Under the pieces are notes generated by a model that was not told where the DNA came from, did no database searches, and saw only the letters and a program-made list of their open reading frames with translations. Both the position numbers and the translations under genes were made by a program. From Acidobacteriota bacterium (lineage in GTDB: Bacteria; Acidobacteriota; Blastocatellia; HR10), in assembly GCA_030550025.1 (NCBI GenBank), contig JAUQQC010000003.1:37464-101463 (forward strand): DNA of 64,000 nt. The letters run 5' to 3'. This document shows, one piece after another, positions 1 through 9,494 of the stretch (its first letter is position 1; every line of letters starts with the position of its first letter).

Positions 1-305
1 TTTGCTCCACCCTCGTGCTCGAGGAATGGCACATCTACAACCTGGCGACGCATCCGAATTTCCGTCGCCAGGGCATCGCGCGCGCCTTGCTCTGTCATGG
101 GCGCGCGTTGGCCGAAGCGCGGGGAGCGCGATGTGCATTGCTGGAGGTGCGGGCATCCAACCTTCCGGCGCAGCGACTCTACGAGCAGCTCGGATTCTAC
201 GTCTTCCATCGTCGCGCAAACTATTACGCCGATCCTCCGGAGGATGCGCTTTTGATGCGCTGCGACCTCTTCCCGCTTTCAGCCCACCAGGAGCATGCCC
301 CATGA
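1..305 (+). CDS. rimI: GNAT N-acetyltransferase, RimI-like (5' end cut by the window edge)
   Basis: C-terminal 96+ aa read IYNLATHPNFRRQGIARALL...ALLEVRASNLPAQRLYEQLGF, the acetyl-CoA binding R-x-x-G-x-A block and RimI-type tail. The reading frame is open to the window start. Confidence 0.7.
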   Translation, partial: CSTLVLEEWHIYNLATHPNFRRQGIARALLCHGRALAEARGARCALLEVRASNLPAQRLYEQLGFYVFHRRANYYADPPEDALLMRCDLFPLSAHQEHAP

Positions 306-418
306 GCGCGCATCCGCGATCGCTTCTTGCGCCCACGTGAATTTCGTATTATGATTCGCCCGGCACATGGAGATGAGCACGTCAGCCATCCGCGATCACG
401 TCAGGAGGAGGGGAGAGA

Positions 419-655
419 ATGGATGCCAACTCCGTGTCGCTCAAAGAACACCTGATGGCTATTGATCCGGAGTTCCGTGCCCTCGTTCTTGAGCATCAGC
501 AGTATGAAGCGCGCTTGAGCGAATTGACGGCGCTGCCCTACCCCACGCCGGAAGAGCTGATGGAGGAAACGATCTTGAAGAAGAAGAAGCTGCTCGTGAA
601 GGACAAGATGGAAGCCATGCTCAACCGCTACAAGCGGCAGATGGGATTGAGGTAG
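419..655 (+). CDS. DUF465/YdcH-like small coiled-coil protein
   Basis: 78 aa. Contains HLMAIDPEFRALVLEHQQYEARLSEL...EELMEETILKKKKLLVKDKM, typical of the DUF465 family. Strong RBS AGGAGGAGGGG lies upstream of the ATG. Confidence 0.7.
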   Translation: MDANSVSLKEHLMAIDPEFRALVLEHQQYEARLSELTALPYPTPEELMEETILKKKKLLVKDKMEAMLNRYKRQMGLR

Positions 656-736
656 CGCCGTTCGGACGGGCGTCCGAACGCCGACGCGAAGAGACGACGC
701 GGAGAGGGCCTCTGGCCTCCTCGGCAGGGGAACGTC

Positions 737-1357
737 ATGATCGTTCGAGATGGATGGCCGTACATCGTGAGTGCTCTGTCTGTAGCGCTCATCGGCGCGT
801 CGCTCCATCTTTGGCCGATCGGCGTTGGGGGGCTGGGCTTAGCCTTCTTCTTCGCGTACTTCTTCCGCGATCCCGATCGCGCGATCCCCGAGGATGAGCG
901 CGCTATCGTCTCGCCGGCCGATGGGCGCGTGGTCGCGCTCACGAAGCTTGATCCGAACGATCCGCGCTCGCCAACGCGCCTCTCGATCTTCCTCTCCCCA
1001 TTGGACGTTCACGTGAATCGCGCGCCGATGACTGGGCGCATCGTGGAGCTACGGCATCGTCCGGGCCGCTTTCTTCCCGCCATGCGCGCGGAAGCTTCCG
1101 TCCAAAACGAACAAACAGAGATTCGGATCCTCGGAACGCACACGGAGGTGGTCCTCAAGCAAATCGCCGGAATTTTGGCCCGACGGATCGTCTGTTGGAA
1201 GCGCCCGGGCGATCTCGTGCATCGAGGAGAACGCATCGGCTTGATCAAATTCGGCTCCCGAACGGATCTCATTCTTCCGCCGGACGTCGTCCCGCTCGTG
1301 CGCGTGGGTGATCGCGTCCGAGGCGGAAGCACGATCGTCGCGAGGATACGAGAATGA
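737..1357 (+). CDS. psd: phosphatidylserine decarboxylase proenzyme (short form)
   Basis: 206 aa with an N-terminal TM segment. SPADGRV and LIKFGSRTD (G-S self-cleavage site) are present. The stop overlaps the pssA start (ATGA). Confidence 0.85.
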   Translation: MIVRDGWPYIVSALSVALIGASLHLWPIGVGGLGLAFFFAYFFRDPDRAIPEDERAIVSPADGRVVALTKLDPNDPRSPTRLSIFLSPLDVHVNRAPMTGRIVELRHRPGRFLPAMRAEASVQNEQTEIRILGTHTEVVLKQIAGILARRIVCWKRPGDLVHRGERIGLIKFGSRTDLILPPDVVPLVRVGDRVRGGSTIVARIRE

Positions 1358-2277
1358 GTGAGAACCCTATCCCCGGCTATGCTCCCGCGGAAGAGGGACG
1401 GCGACGACGCGGCGTCTACGCCCTCCCCAGCCTCTTCACGACGGCCAACATCTTCTGCGGGTTCTACGCGGTGATCGCAGCCCTGAAAGGATATCAGGCG
1501 CTCGGAACGGACCTCGGAGAGGCCGCGCGCCTCTTCGACAACGCCGCCAAGGCCATCGGCTTCGCCGTGCTCTTTGACGCACTCGATGGGCGCATCGCGC
1601 GCATGACGAAGACGACGAGCGACTTCGGCGTGGAATTGGACAGCCTGGCTGATGTGCTCTCGTTCGGTTTGGCTCCGGCTTTGCTCGCTTACGCGTGGGG
1701 ATACGGGATGACGCCGGACATCTATGGGGTGGAGATGGGGAAAGCGGCGTGGGTCGTCTCCTTCCTCTATCTCGTCTGCGGGGCTTTCCGCCTGGCGCGG
1801 TTTAACGTACACGCCCGGCGCACCGCCACGGCGAAAGACCGACGGCAGTTCGTTGGCCTGCCGATTCCCGCGGCGGCTGGCCTGATCGCCGCTATCGTGC
1901 ACTTCTCCCCCACGCCACTTCTGGCACAACCGGCTCGCTCGTTCACCATTCTGGGTGATTCCGTCCTAGTGAACGGGGCGGTTCTCGGTTTCCTCATGCT
2001 TCTGCTGGTCGCCGCGCTGAGCGGTTTGATGATCAGCACGATCCGATACCGGAGTTTCAAAGACCTTGGCGTCAGCACCCTCAGCCCGCGTTGGACGCTG
2101 CTGCTACTGGCGCTGCTTGTGGCCGGCATCTATTTCTACTCTCAGTGGGTGCTGATCTTCTTAGCCGGCGCGTATGTCACGCATGGGCTCGCGATGAAAG
2201 GGCTGGCCCTTCTGCGTCCGGGGCGGAGAGAGCTGGCCTCGGCGGAAGTCTCGACCCCGATCAAGTCCGAACCATGA
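1354..2277 (+). CDS. pssA: CDP-diacylglycerol--serine O-phosphatidyltransferase
   Basis: Carries the CDP-alcohol phosphatidyltransferase motif DALDGRIARMTKTTSDFGVELDSLADVLSFG. Multiple hydrophobic helices. Sits directly downstream of psd. Confidence 0.9.
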   Translation: MSENPIPGYAPAEEGRRRRGVYALPSLFTTANIFCGFYAVIAALKGYQALGTDLGEAARLFDNAAKAIGFAVLFDALDGRIARMTKTTSDFGVELDSLADVLSFGLAPALLAYAWGYGMTPDIYGVEMGKAAWVVSFLYLVCGAFRLARFNVHARRTATAKDRRQFVGLPIPAAAGLIAAIVHFSPTPLLAQPARSFTILGDSVLVNGAVLGFLMLLLVAALSGLMISTIRYRSFKDLGVSTLSPRWTLLLLALLVAGIYFYSQWVLIFLAGAYVTHGLAMKGLALLRPGRRELASAEVSTPIKSEP

Positions 2278-4697
2278 TGAGCGGAATTGGCATCTTCGAT
2301 CTCCTCGGCCTGCTCCTGCGAATCACACTGCCACTTTCGGCAGTGTTCTCCTCGGCGAATCCGCCGCTTCCCGTGAAATTTCTCCAAGCACTACAGGCCG
2401 CTGAGCAGACGCTGAGCCTGGGCGAGCGAAAGGCCTTCATCATTCAGCTTCGCGACGAACCTTTGGCCACATATACCGGGCAGGTGCCGGGCCTTGAGGC
2501 GACAAGCCTCCATGCCGCTCCACACAATCAGCGCGAAGGAAAGCTGGACGTGCACTCGCCGGCGAGCCAACGATATGCGGCGTACCTGGAGCAGCGCCAC
2601 GCAGCGTTCCTCCGCGAGCTGCAACAACGCTTGCCGCGCGTGCAGGTCTTTCGCCATTACCACATCGTGCTCAATGGCCTGGTCGCACTCGTCCCCCCTG
2701 AGGATATTCCGGCTTTGATCGGCCACCCGGACGTGAAGGCTCTGCTTCCCATTTTCGAATACGAGCTGACGGCTGAGCCCGCCGTGCCGCTGGTGCTCGA
2801 TGTGAGCAATGATCTGATGGGCGTCCCTGCCGTCTGGGAGATGCTCGGCGGCCGAGAGAATGCGGGCCGTGGGGTGAAGATCGGCATCCTCGATACGGGC
2901 GTGGACTTCAGCAATCCGATGTTCCATGATCCTACGCTTCCCCCTCCTGCAGGATTCCCGCGCGGCGATCTCACGCTCGCCACGAGCAAGGTCATCGTGG
3001 CCAAAGTCATCCGCTCGATCTTCGATGAAACCGATGCGCGGCTCGACCCTGGACACCGAACGGCGCAGGATCTCGTCGGACATGGATCGCATGTCGCCAG
3101 TTGCGCAGCGGGGACGACAGTGACCTTAGATGGTATTCCGGGTGCCCGCCCCGTCACCCTGAGCGGCGTGGCACCGAAAGCCTACATTGGCAGCTATCGC
3201 GTCTTCGCTCCCCGCGCCTTCACCGATAATATTGTGGCGGCAATTGAAGAAGCCGTACAGGATGGCATGGATATCCTCAACATGAGCTTTGGCCCACGCA
3301 CTCCGCCGACGAGCGATCCCTCCCTCAACGCCCAGGTGATCGCCGTGAACACGGCCGCCAAAGCCGGCGTTCTCTCTGTCATCGCGGCCGGGAACAAAGG
3401 GCTCTCCCCGCCGTTCAATTCCGCCGGAGGGACCATCGGGGGGGCTGCGGAGTCGAGCGAAGCCCTAACCGTCGGCGCCTCGACCAACCTTCATGTGAGC
3501 GATGGGATTGCGCGCGCCGCGCTCCGTCTGGAGGACAGAGACCTCGAGATCTCCGGCGTTCGTGGGGCGAACGGCGCGGCTCCTTTTCCCGCACAGCTTG
3601 CCGGGCCGCTTATAGATGTGGATCTCCTGGACGGCGAAGCTCCTGGGCTCCTCTGCGATCCCCTCCCGGAGGGATCCCTCACGGATGCGCTAGCTCTTGT
3701 CCAACGGGGGTTCTGCACATTTTGGACGAAGGTCACCAATGCTGCGCGAGCCGGAGCCATCGCCGTCGTGATTTACAACTCCCCGGAGGGCGGTGATCAA
3801 TCCTTTCGAATGGATCTGCAAGGAGCCCCGCTTCCCGCGCTCTCCATCACGCGCTCTGACGGATTAAGGCTGAAGGCCGCGCTCGCCCAAGACTTCGCCC
3901 GCGAGCGCCTGACGCTCGCTCGTTTGTTCCTGCAAGAGCCCAGAACGTTCCCAGATGTGCCCGATCTTCTAGCGCCCTTCAGTTCGCGCGGACCGAGCAA
4001 CGACTATCAGATCAAGCCGGATCTGGTGACTGTCGGAACGGGAAGCTATGCCGCCGTCCAAGATGACGATCCGCGGGGCGAAAATCGCTTCCCCTCCTCT
4101 CCCCCGGATATTGGGCAGAGCACCATGTATGACCCATCGGGATTTGCCTTCTCGCAAGGGACGAGCTTCGCCGCGCCACGAGCAGCGGGAGCGGCCGCGC
4201 TACTGCGCCAGCTTCGTCCGGGCTGGACGCCGGCCGAGATCAAGTCCGCGCTTGTGACGACGGCGACGCGTCCTCCGCAGATCGCGATGCTCGGGGTGAT
4301 GGATCGTGGGGCTGGCCTCTTGAATCTCCCGGCGGCTGCGCGCTTGCAGACGATCGCCCTTCCCTCCAGCCTCAGCTTTGGCCGACAATTCATTGCGGTT
4401 CCGACGACCTTCGAGCGCACTTTTCACCTGACGAATAAATCCTCTGCGCCGACCGAATATCGCGCGCGCATCGTCATCACCTCGGGTGCCCAACTTGCGC
4501 GCGCCACGCTCAGCCCGACCGAATTCCGTCTTCTGCCGGGCGAGAGCATAACGGTGGCCGTGACGCTCACTGTGGACTCTCCGCCACCCATCGGGATGTC
4601 CGACGCCGAGGGTTACATCCTTATCTCCGATGGGGACCGGACGATACCCGGAGAGATCGCCATCCCTTTCTGGATCCGCCTCGTGCGGTTCCAGTAG
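2274..4697 (+). CDS. secreted subtilisin-like serine protease (S8) with PA-domain insert
   Basis: Catalytic Asp (GILDTGVD), His (HGSHVAS) and Ser (GTSFAAP) are present. PA-like insert reads ALVQRGFCTFWTKV...AVVIYN. I chose the ATG at 2274 inside the ATGATGA overlap with the pssA stop. The listed ORF start at 2091 lies inside pssA. Confidence 0.85.
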   Translation: MMSGIGIFDLLGLLLRITLPLSAVFSSANPPLPVKFLQALQAAEQTLSLGERKAFIIQLRDEPLATYTGQVPGLEATSLHAAPHNQREGKLDVHSPASQRYAAYLEQRHAAFLRELQQRLPRVQVFRHYHIVLNGLVALVPPEDIPALIGHPDVKALLPIFEYELTAEPAVPLVLDVSNDLMGVPAVWEMLGGRENAGRGVKIGILDTGVDFSNPMFHDPTLPPPAGFPRGDLTLATSKVIVAKVIRSIFDETDARLDPGHRTAQDLVGHGSHVASCAAGTTVTLDGIPGARPVTLSGVAPKAYIGSYRVFAPRAFTDNIVAAIEEAVQDGMDILNMSFGPRTPPTSDPSLNAQVIAVNTAAKAGVLSVIAAGNKGLSPPFNSAGGTIGGAAESSEALTVGASTNLHVSDGIARAALRLEDRDLEISGVRGANGAAPFPAQLAGPLIDVDLLDGEAPGLLCDPLPEGSLTDALALVQRGFCTFWTKVTNAARAGAIAVVIYNSPEGGDQSFRMDLQGAPLPALSITRSDGLRLKAALAQDFARERLTLARLFLQEPRTFPDVPDLLAPFSSRGPSNDYQIKPDLVTVGTGSYAAVQDDDPRGENRFPSSPPDIGQSTMYDPSGFAFSQGTSFAAPRAAGAAALLRQLRPGWTPAEIKSALVTTATRPPQIAMLGVMDRGAGLLNLPAAARLQTIALPSSLSFGRQFIAVPTTFERTFHLTNKSSAPTEYRARIVITSGAQLARATLSPTEFRLLPGESITVAVTLTVDSPPPIGMSDAEGYILISDGDRTIPGEIAIPFWIRLVRFQ

Positions 4698-4714
4698 ATG
4701 ATCGAGGGACGCCC

Positions 4715-5248
4715 ATGCGAACCAGGAGAACGCTCTTCCTGCTCGTCGTACTGAGCACGCTTGGCCTGCTTGATCTCGCCGCACAGGAACCCACTGACTA
4801 TCTCACGAGCAAAGAGATCGAGCAGATGAAGGAGGCACAACGCATTGACCTGCGCGTGAAAGTGCTCATGAAGATCGCTGCGCGCCGCCTCCAGGTCCTG
4901 GAACAAACGGCGACTTCGCCCTCAAAGAAAGAAGAAGATGCCTGGGGACCACTCCCGAAAGGGACACCCGAGGAGCTGCTGCAGCATTACATCAAGGCCC
5001 TCGACGAGACGATCCTCAACATCGAGGACGCACATAGCCAAGATCCGGAGAACGAATTCCTGCATTCGGCGCTGAAGACGTTCCGAGAGGCAACCGACCA
5101 GTACCTGCTGCGTTTGAAAGCACTCAAGGAGAAACTCCAGAGCGCCGAAGCCCAGGAGGTGCTCGATCGCGCGATCGAGGCGACGGAGCTGGCCAACGCT
5201 GACGCTCGCGAAGGAGAAGCGCGCTTCGCGAAACCGAAGAAGAAGTAG
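4715..5248 (+). CDS. hypothetical secreted protein (signal peptide plus helical, charged body)
   Basis: 177 aa. N-terminus MRTRRTLFLLVVLSTLGLLDLAAQ looks like a signal peptide. No motif I recognise. Confidence 0.5.
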   Translation: MRTRRTLFLLVVLSTLGLLDLAAQEPTDYLTSKEIEQMKEAQRIDLRVKVLMKIAARRLQVLEQTATSPSKKEEDAWGPLPKGTPEELLQHYIKALDETILNIEDAHSQDPENEFLHSALKTFREATDQYLLRLKALKEKLQSAEAQEVLDRAIEATELANADAREGEARFAKPKKK

Positions 5249-5293
5249 GCTCGTGGCTGGATTCATGCCGAACGTGCGCGGCTTTCAAGTTGC

Positions 5294-5322
5294 TTGACAG
5301 AGGGGGACGCGATGCCTATAAT
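5294..5322 (+). promoter_or_regulatory. consensus sigma70-type promoter TTGACA-N17-TATAAT
   Basis: TTGACA at 5294-5299 and TATAAT at 5317-5322 with a 17 nt spacer, about 55 nt upstream of the IHF/HU-like gene. Confidence 0.6.
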
Positions 5323-5342
5323 GGCCACTTAATCAAGTGGCC
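5323..5342 (+). promoter_or_regulatory. perfect 8-bp inverted repeat GGCCACTT-AATC-AAGTGGCC at the predicted transcription start
   Basis: Read directly from the sequence. It begins immediately after the -10 hexamer. It could be an operator or a 5' mRNA stem-loop. Confidence 0.45.
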
Positions 5343-5378
5343 TATGCGCAATGGGTTGAGTCGAGGAGGCCGTCGAAC

Positions 5379-5639
5379 GTGATCAAACAAGATATCGTCA
5401 ACCGCGTGGCCGAGAAGACGGGCTTGCCCAAGAGTCGCGTCGAGATGGCGGTGGATGCGTTCTTCGAGGCGATGAAGCAAGCGCTCAAGAATGGATATCG
5501 GATCGAGCTGAGAGGCTTTGGAGTCTTCTTGGTCCGACCGCGTAAGCGCGGCATCGGGCGCAATCCGAAGACGGGCGCCGTCGTTCCGATCCCTGAGGGG
5601 AAGACGATCCGGTTCAAGCCCGGTAAGGAATTGCGGTGA
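5379..5639 (+). CDS. IHF/HU family DNA-binding protein
   Basis: Contains IKQDIVNRVAEKTGLPKSRVEMAVDAFFEAMKQAL...IELRGFGVFLVRPRKRGIGRNPKTGAVVPIPEGKTIRFKPGKEL, with the RNPKTG arm motif. GTG start at 5379 lies 9 nt after GAGGAGG. The listed ATG at 5337 falls inside the promoter palindrome. Confidence 0.8.
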   Translation: MIKQDIVNRVAEKTGLPKSRVEMAVDAFFEAMKQALKNGYRIELRGFGVFLVRPRKRGIGRNPKTGAVVPIPEGKTIRFKPGKELR

Positions 5640-5648
5640 GCGGACGTC

Positions 5649-6599
5649 GTGGACGGACGCGCGCGGCATCTCATGGAATCCCCGCTCTCAGTCCAGATGC
5701 TCTCAGCGCGGGAGTTTCGCCTCCCACTTCGACGCGTGATCCTTCACGCCGTTTTGTTCCTGAGCACGTTGGTGACGACCTTCCTAGCCGGAGCGTTCTT
5801 CGCTCTGGGGAGCGTGGAGTGGGAGAACTTGAGCACGGCGCTCACCCACCCGGTCGTCGTCTCCAGTGGGCTCGCCTACGCCTTCACGCTACTGGCAATC
5901 TTGCTCGCCCATGAGCTGGGACACTATCTCGCGTGCCGATACTATGGGATTCGAGCGAGCTTACCGTACTTCATCCCGGCTCCCCCGGTCGTCGGCATCG
6001 GGACGTTCGGTGCATTCATCCGCATTCAAGAACCGATTCGCTCGCGTCGGGCGCTCTTCGATGTGGGGATCGCGGGCCCGCTAGCCGGATTTGCCGTCGC
6101 CCTTCCGGCAGCGGTCGTTGGCCTCTGGTTTGCTAATCCGGCTCCGCCCATTCCCTCCTTGGAAGGCACGATCACGTTCAATGATCCAGCCCTCTTCATT
6201 CTCCTGCAACGAGCCTTCGATTTACCAGTCATGATCCAGTGGAACCCCGTGCACTTCGCTGCTTGGGTGGGAATGCTAGCGACGAGCTTGAACCTGCTGC
6301 CACTTGGGCAACTCGATGGTGGTCATATCGCGTATGCGCTCCTTGGCCCAAAGGGCCATCGATGGATGGCGCGGGGGATTTTCTTCCTGATGATCGGCCT
6401 GGCGTTTTACGCTTATGATCGCCATCGGTGGATCGGATGGTTCGTCTACGTCGGGCTCATCGGGCTGTTGATCGGGCTCAAGCACCCTCCGCTTGAAGAT
6501 GAACAGGAGTCGCTCGACCGGCGACGGAAGATCCTTGGGATCATCGCCTTGATCGTCTTCGCCCTTAGCTTCATGCCCTTCCCCATCACGATCACGTGA
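5649..6599 (+). CDS. M50 (site-2 protease family) membrane metalloprotease
   Basis: HELGHYLACRYYG (HExxH) sits in a polytopic membrane protein, and a second-site motif NLLPLGQLDGGHI is present. The exact start is uncertain. Confidence 0.8.
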   Translation: MDGRARHLMESPLSVQMLSAREFRLPLRRVILHAVLFLSTLVTTFLAGAFFALGSVEWENLSTALTHPVVVSSGLAYAFTLLAILLAHELGHYLACRYYGIRASLPYFIPAPPVVGIGTFGAFIRIQEPIRSRRALFDVGIAGPLAGFAVALPAAVVGLWFANPAPPIPSLEGTITFNDPALFILLQRAFDLPVMIQWNPVHFAAWVGMLATSLNLLPLGQLDGGHIAYALLGPKGHRWMARGIFFLMIGLAFYAYDRHRWIGWFVYVGLIGLLIGLKHPPLEDEQESLDRRRKILGIIALIVFALSFMPFPITIT

Positions 6600-6602
6600 G
6601 GG

Positions 6603-7586
6603 ATGCTTTCGGAACCATCGAATGGGGCTATGAGGCATCTCCTTGGAGTTCTTCGCCCTCTGGGGCTTCACGGACTCGGTCTCCTTCTGATCCTCAAGGG
6701 CTTGGCACAGATCACCTTACGTTCGGACCTGGTTCTCGTGCCTGTGCTCGTGAGGGATCGGCAAGGCCGCCCCGTCCGCAATCTTACGAAGGAGGATTTC
6801 GAGGTCTTCGATAATGGTCGGAAGCAACCGATCGCGTTCTTCTCAACCGAACCCACATTGGGCATACTCTCTCGTCCGTTGGCGATGAGCCTTCTGCTGG
6901 ACGCCAGTGGGAGCATTGCCGCCACTTGGCACGCCCAAGCCTCGGCCCTTCGGAGCCTCCTCCGCTGGCTTGGCCCCGAAATCAAGGTGAGCCTCATTCG
7001 CTTTCATGAGCATCCAGAGCCCCTCACGGAGGGGTTCACCGCGGACAAGGCTCTTCTGGAGCGCGCGCTGGAGCACCATCACCCGGTTTGGCGCCAAACG
7101 GCCATCTTCGATGCCTTGCTTTTTGCCTTCCAGCAACTGGCTGTGCTTCCGGAAGCCCACATTCGGAAGCTGACCTTATTGATCACGGATGGGCTGGACA
7201 CAGCGAGCACGGTGAGTCCCAACCAATGCCTGCGCGTGGCTGAGGCCGCTGGGATCACCCTCTACGTCATCGTCATCCCCCTCTACTCCCCCGTCGAAGG
7301 GCGACTTCGCCCACGCCCTATTGCTGCCAGCCTGGCCGAGCTCGCCCGCAAAACCGGGGGGCGGCTCATCTTCGCCGGCGACGCGCGTCAGATGCTTGAT
7401 CCTCGGGCGACGCTCGACCTCACGCCTATCCTCCAAGATGTTGTGGAGGAGTTGTGGAGCCAGTACTACATCGGGTATTATGCCCCAGCGTCCCCAAGTG
7501 GCACGCGCCACCGCATCCACGTACGGGTGCGAGGAAAGGGGCTGCGGGTAGAGGTGGCTCGCCAGAGCTACGTCGCCAAAGACTGA
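6603..7586 (+). CDS. VWA domain protein with Acidobacteria-type N-terminal domain (TIGR03436-like)
   Basis: N-terminus LVLVPVLVRDRQGRPVRNLTKEDFEVFDNGRKQPIAFFS, followed by a VWA-like MIDAS start LLLDASGS and TLLITDGLDT. Confidence 0.8.
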   Translation: MLSEPSNGAMRHLLGVLRPLGLHGLGLLLILKGLAQITLRSDLVLVPVLVRDRQGRPVRNLTKEDFEVFDNGRKQPIAFFSTEPTLGILSRPLAMSLLLDASGSIAATWHAQASALRSLLRWLGPEIKVSLIRFHEHPEPLTEGFTADKALLERALEHHHPVWRQTAIFDALLFAFQQLAVLPEAHIRKLTLLITDGLDTASTVSPNQCLRVAEAAGITLYVIVIPLYSPVEGRLRPRPIAASLAELARKTGGRLIFAGDARQMLDPRATLDLTPILQDVVEELWSQYYIGYYAPASPSGTRHRIHVRVRGKGLRVEVARQSYVAKD

Positions 7587-7696
7587 GCGGCGCGAAACGT
7601 TCCCGAATACAGCGAACAACCCTCTCGAACGCTGAAAAATCACCATTCCTTAGGCGCGCTGGTTGCACATTTTGCGTCATTGAAGCTAAGGGGGGA

Positions 7697-7725
7697 TTCC
7701 CAAACCGCGCGAATCGCACTATAAT
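7697..7725 (+). promoter_or_regulatory. candidate sigma70 promoter TTCCCA-N17-TATAAT upstream of purH
   Basis: TATAAT at 7720-7725 and TTCCCA at 7697-7702. This leaves an approximately 85 nt leader containing the hairpin GCGTGATC-GAAAGGA-GATCACGC (7777-7799). Confidence 0.35.
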
Positions 7726-7813
7726 TGTGTCGCAACGCGCAAGGGGATGAGAGAGGGGGGAACAGAAGATCGCGAAGCGTGATCGAAAGGAGATCACGCG
7801 ATAAGGATTGCGA

Positions 7814-9406
7814 ATGACGCTGACGATCAAACGCGCATTGCTGAGCGTCTCGGATAAGAGCGGGCTTCTCGAACTCGCCCAACGCCTTCATTCTCAAGGA
7901 GTTGAGCTGATCTCGACCGGAGGCACGGCCGCCCTTCTGCGCGCAGTCGACCTCCCGGTTCGGGATGTCTCGGCAGTGACCGGATTCCCGGAGATCCTGG
8001 GAGGACGGGTCAAGACCCTTCACCCGATGATCCACGGTGGCCTCCTCGCCGTGCGCCAGGATCCGGATCATCAACGCCAGATAGAGACCTACGGCCTCCC
8101 GCTGATTGACTTGGTCGTCGCGAACCTGTACCCCTTCGCTCAAACGGTAGCCCGTGCTGACGTGACACTGGCCGAGGTGATCGAGAACATCGACATTGGG
8201 GGTCCCACGTTGATCCGCGCTGCGGCGAAGAACTTCCACGATGTCGCTGTCTTAGTGGACCCTGCGGACTACGAGTCCTTTCTCGAAGAGCTTTGTGCTC
8301 AGGGAGGCGTGAGTTTGACCACGCGACTGCGCCTGGCCCAGAAGGCCTTCGCCTACGTTGCCGAATACGATGCTGCGATCGCCGATTTCTTCGCCAACCG
8401 ACTCTCCGCTGGAGAAGACGGCGCGCGCATTGAGCCGGAGATAGAGATGCCCCCCCGGTTGACCCTCACTCTGCATCGGCAGCAGGGGTTGCGGTACGGA
8501 GAGAACCCCCATCAAAAGGCCGCGCTCTATCGCTTGCCGCAGGATGAGCCGGGCGTGGCCACCGCTCGACAGCTTCAAGGGAAAGAGCTCTCATTCAACA
8601 ACTATTTGGACCTGGATGCCGCCTGGGCATTGGTGACGGAGTTCTCGGAACCCGCGTGCGCGATCATCAAGCACACGAACCCGTGCGGAGTCGCGACGGG
8701 CGAAACCCCGGCCGCGGCGTACAGAAAAGCTTTGGCAACGGATCCGATCTCGGCGTTTGGAGGAATCGTCGGCTTCAACCGTCCGATCACCGCCGAGGTT
8801 GCCCAAGCGATCTCGGAGTTGTTCCTGGAAGCGATCATTGCTCCCGGATATGAGCCGGAAGCCCTGACGATCCTCGCTCAGAAGAAGAACCTACGGGTGA
8901 TGCTCATGGAGCCAACTTCCCGCGAAGCATTGCCTCAAGAGCGGTGGAGCGCCTATGATCTGAAGCGGATCAGCGGGGGACTGCTTTTGCAAACGCGCGA
9001 TCAGCTCTCCTGGGATGGTTCGACGCTCCGGGTCGTCACCCGGCGCGAGCCGACGGCCGAGGAGATGGAAGCCCTGCGCTTCGCCTGGATTGTGTGTAAG
9101 CATGTGAAGTCGAATGCGATCGTCCTCGCTCGCCCGGGCCAGCTTCTCGGTGTCGGGGCCGGACAGATGAGTCGCGTGGACTCGGTCAAACTCGCTGCGA
9201 TGAAGGCCATCCTACCTACGGAAGGGGCCGTCCTCGCTTCGGATGCCTTCTTCCCCTTCCGGGACGGGGTAGATGAAGCTGCTCGACACGGCGTACGTGC
9301 GATCATCCAGCCAGGCGGCTCGATCCGCGACGCCGAGGTGATCGCCGCCGCGGATGAGCACGGCTTGGCTATGGTGTTCACAGGGATCAGGCATTTTAAG
9401 CACTGA
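7814..9406 (+). CDS. purH: bifunctional AICAR transformylase / IMP cyclohydrolase
   Basis: Contains RALLSVSDKSGLLELAQRL...GVELISTGGTA, KTLHPMIHGGLL and a C-terminal FTGIRHFKH. ATG at 7814 is preceded by AAGGA. Confidence 0.95.
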   Translation: MTLTIKRALLSVSDKSGLLELAQRLHSQGVELISTGGTAALLRAVDLPVRDVSAVTGFPEILGGRVKTLHPMIHGGLLAVRQDPDHQRQIETYGLPLIDLVVANLYPFAQTVARADVTLAEVIENIDIGGPTLIRAAAKNFHDVAVLVDPADYESFLEELCAQGGVSLTTRLRLAQKAFAYVAEYDAAIADFFANRLSAGEDGARIEPEIEMPPRLTLTLHRQQGLRYGENPHQKAALYRLPQDEPGVATARQLQGKELSFNNYLDLDAAWALVTEFSEPACAIIKHTNPCGVATGETPAAAYRKALATDPISAFGGIVGFNRPITAEVAQAISELFLEAIIAPGYEPEALTILAQKKNLRVMLMEPTSREALPQERWSAYDLKRISGGLLLQTRDQLSWDGSTLRVVTRREPTAEEMEALRFAWIVCKHVKSNAIVLARPGQLLGVGAGQMSRVDSVKLAAMKAILPTEGAVLASDAFFPFRDGVDEAARHGVRAIIQPGGSIRDAEVIAAADEHGLAMVFTGIRHFKH

Positions 9407-9494
9407 TGTCCGCTTGTTGAGGTCGGGCGATCGGGGGTGCGGCCCTGACGGCGATCCAACAAGCGAAAAATCCCACTGAGGAGGAGAAGAGCCT

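Noticed and set aside
2091-2273. N-terminal extension of the S8 protease ORF
   Set aside because: The extension lies inside pssA in another frame. The ATG at 2274 gives a signal-like N-terminus and an ATGATGA coupling with the pssA stop.
7587-7813. Possible ZTP (pfl) riboswitch upstream of purH, a common arrangement in bacteria
   Set aside because: I could not find the conserved pseudoknot element (CCGCCTGGGC-like) or the GGGTCGTGAC-type core. Only a simple 8-bp hairpin (7777-7799) is present, so no riboswitch is claimed.
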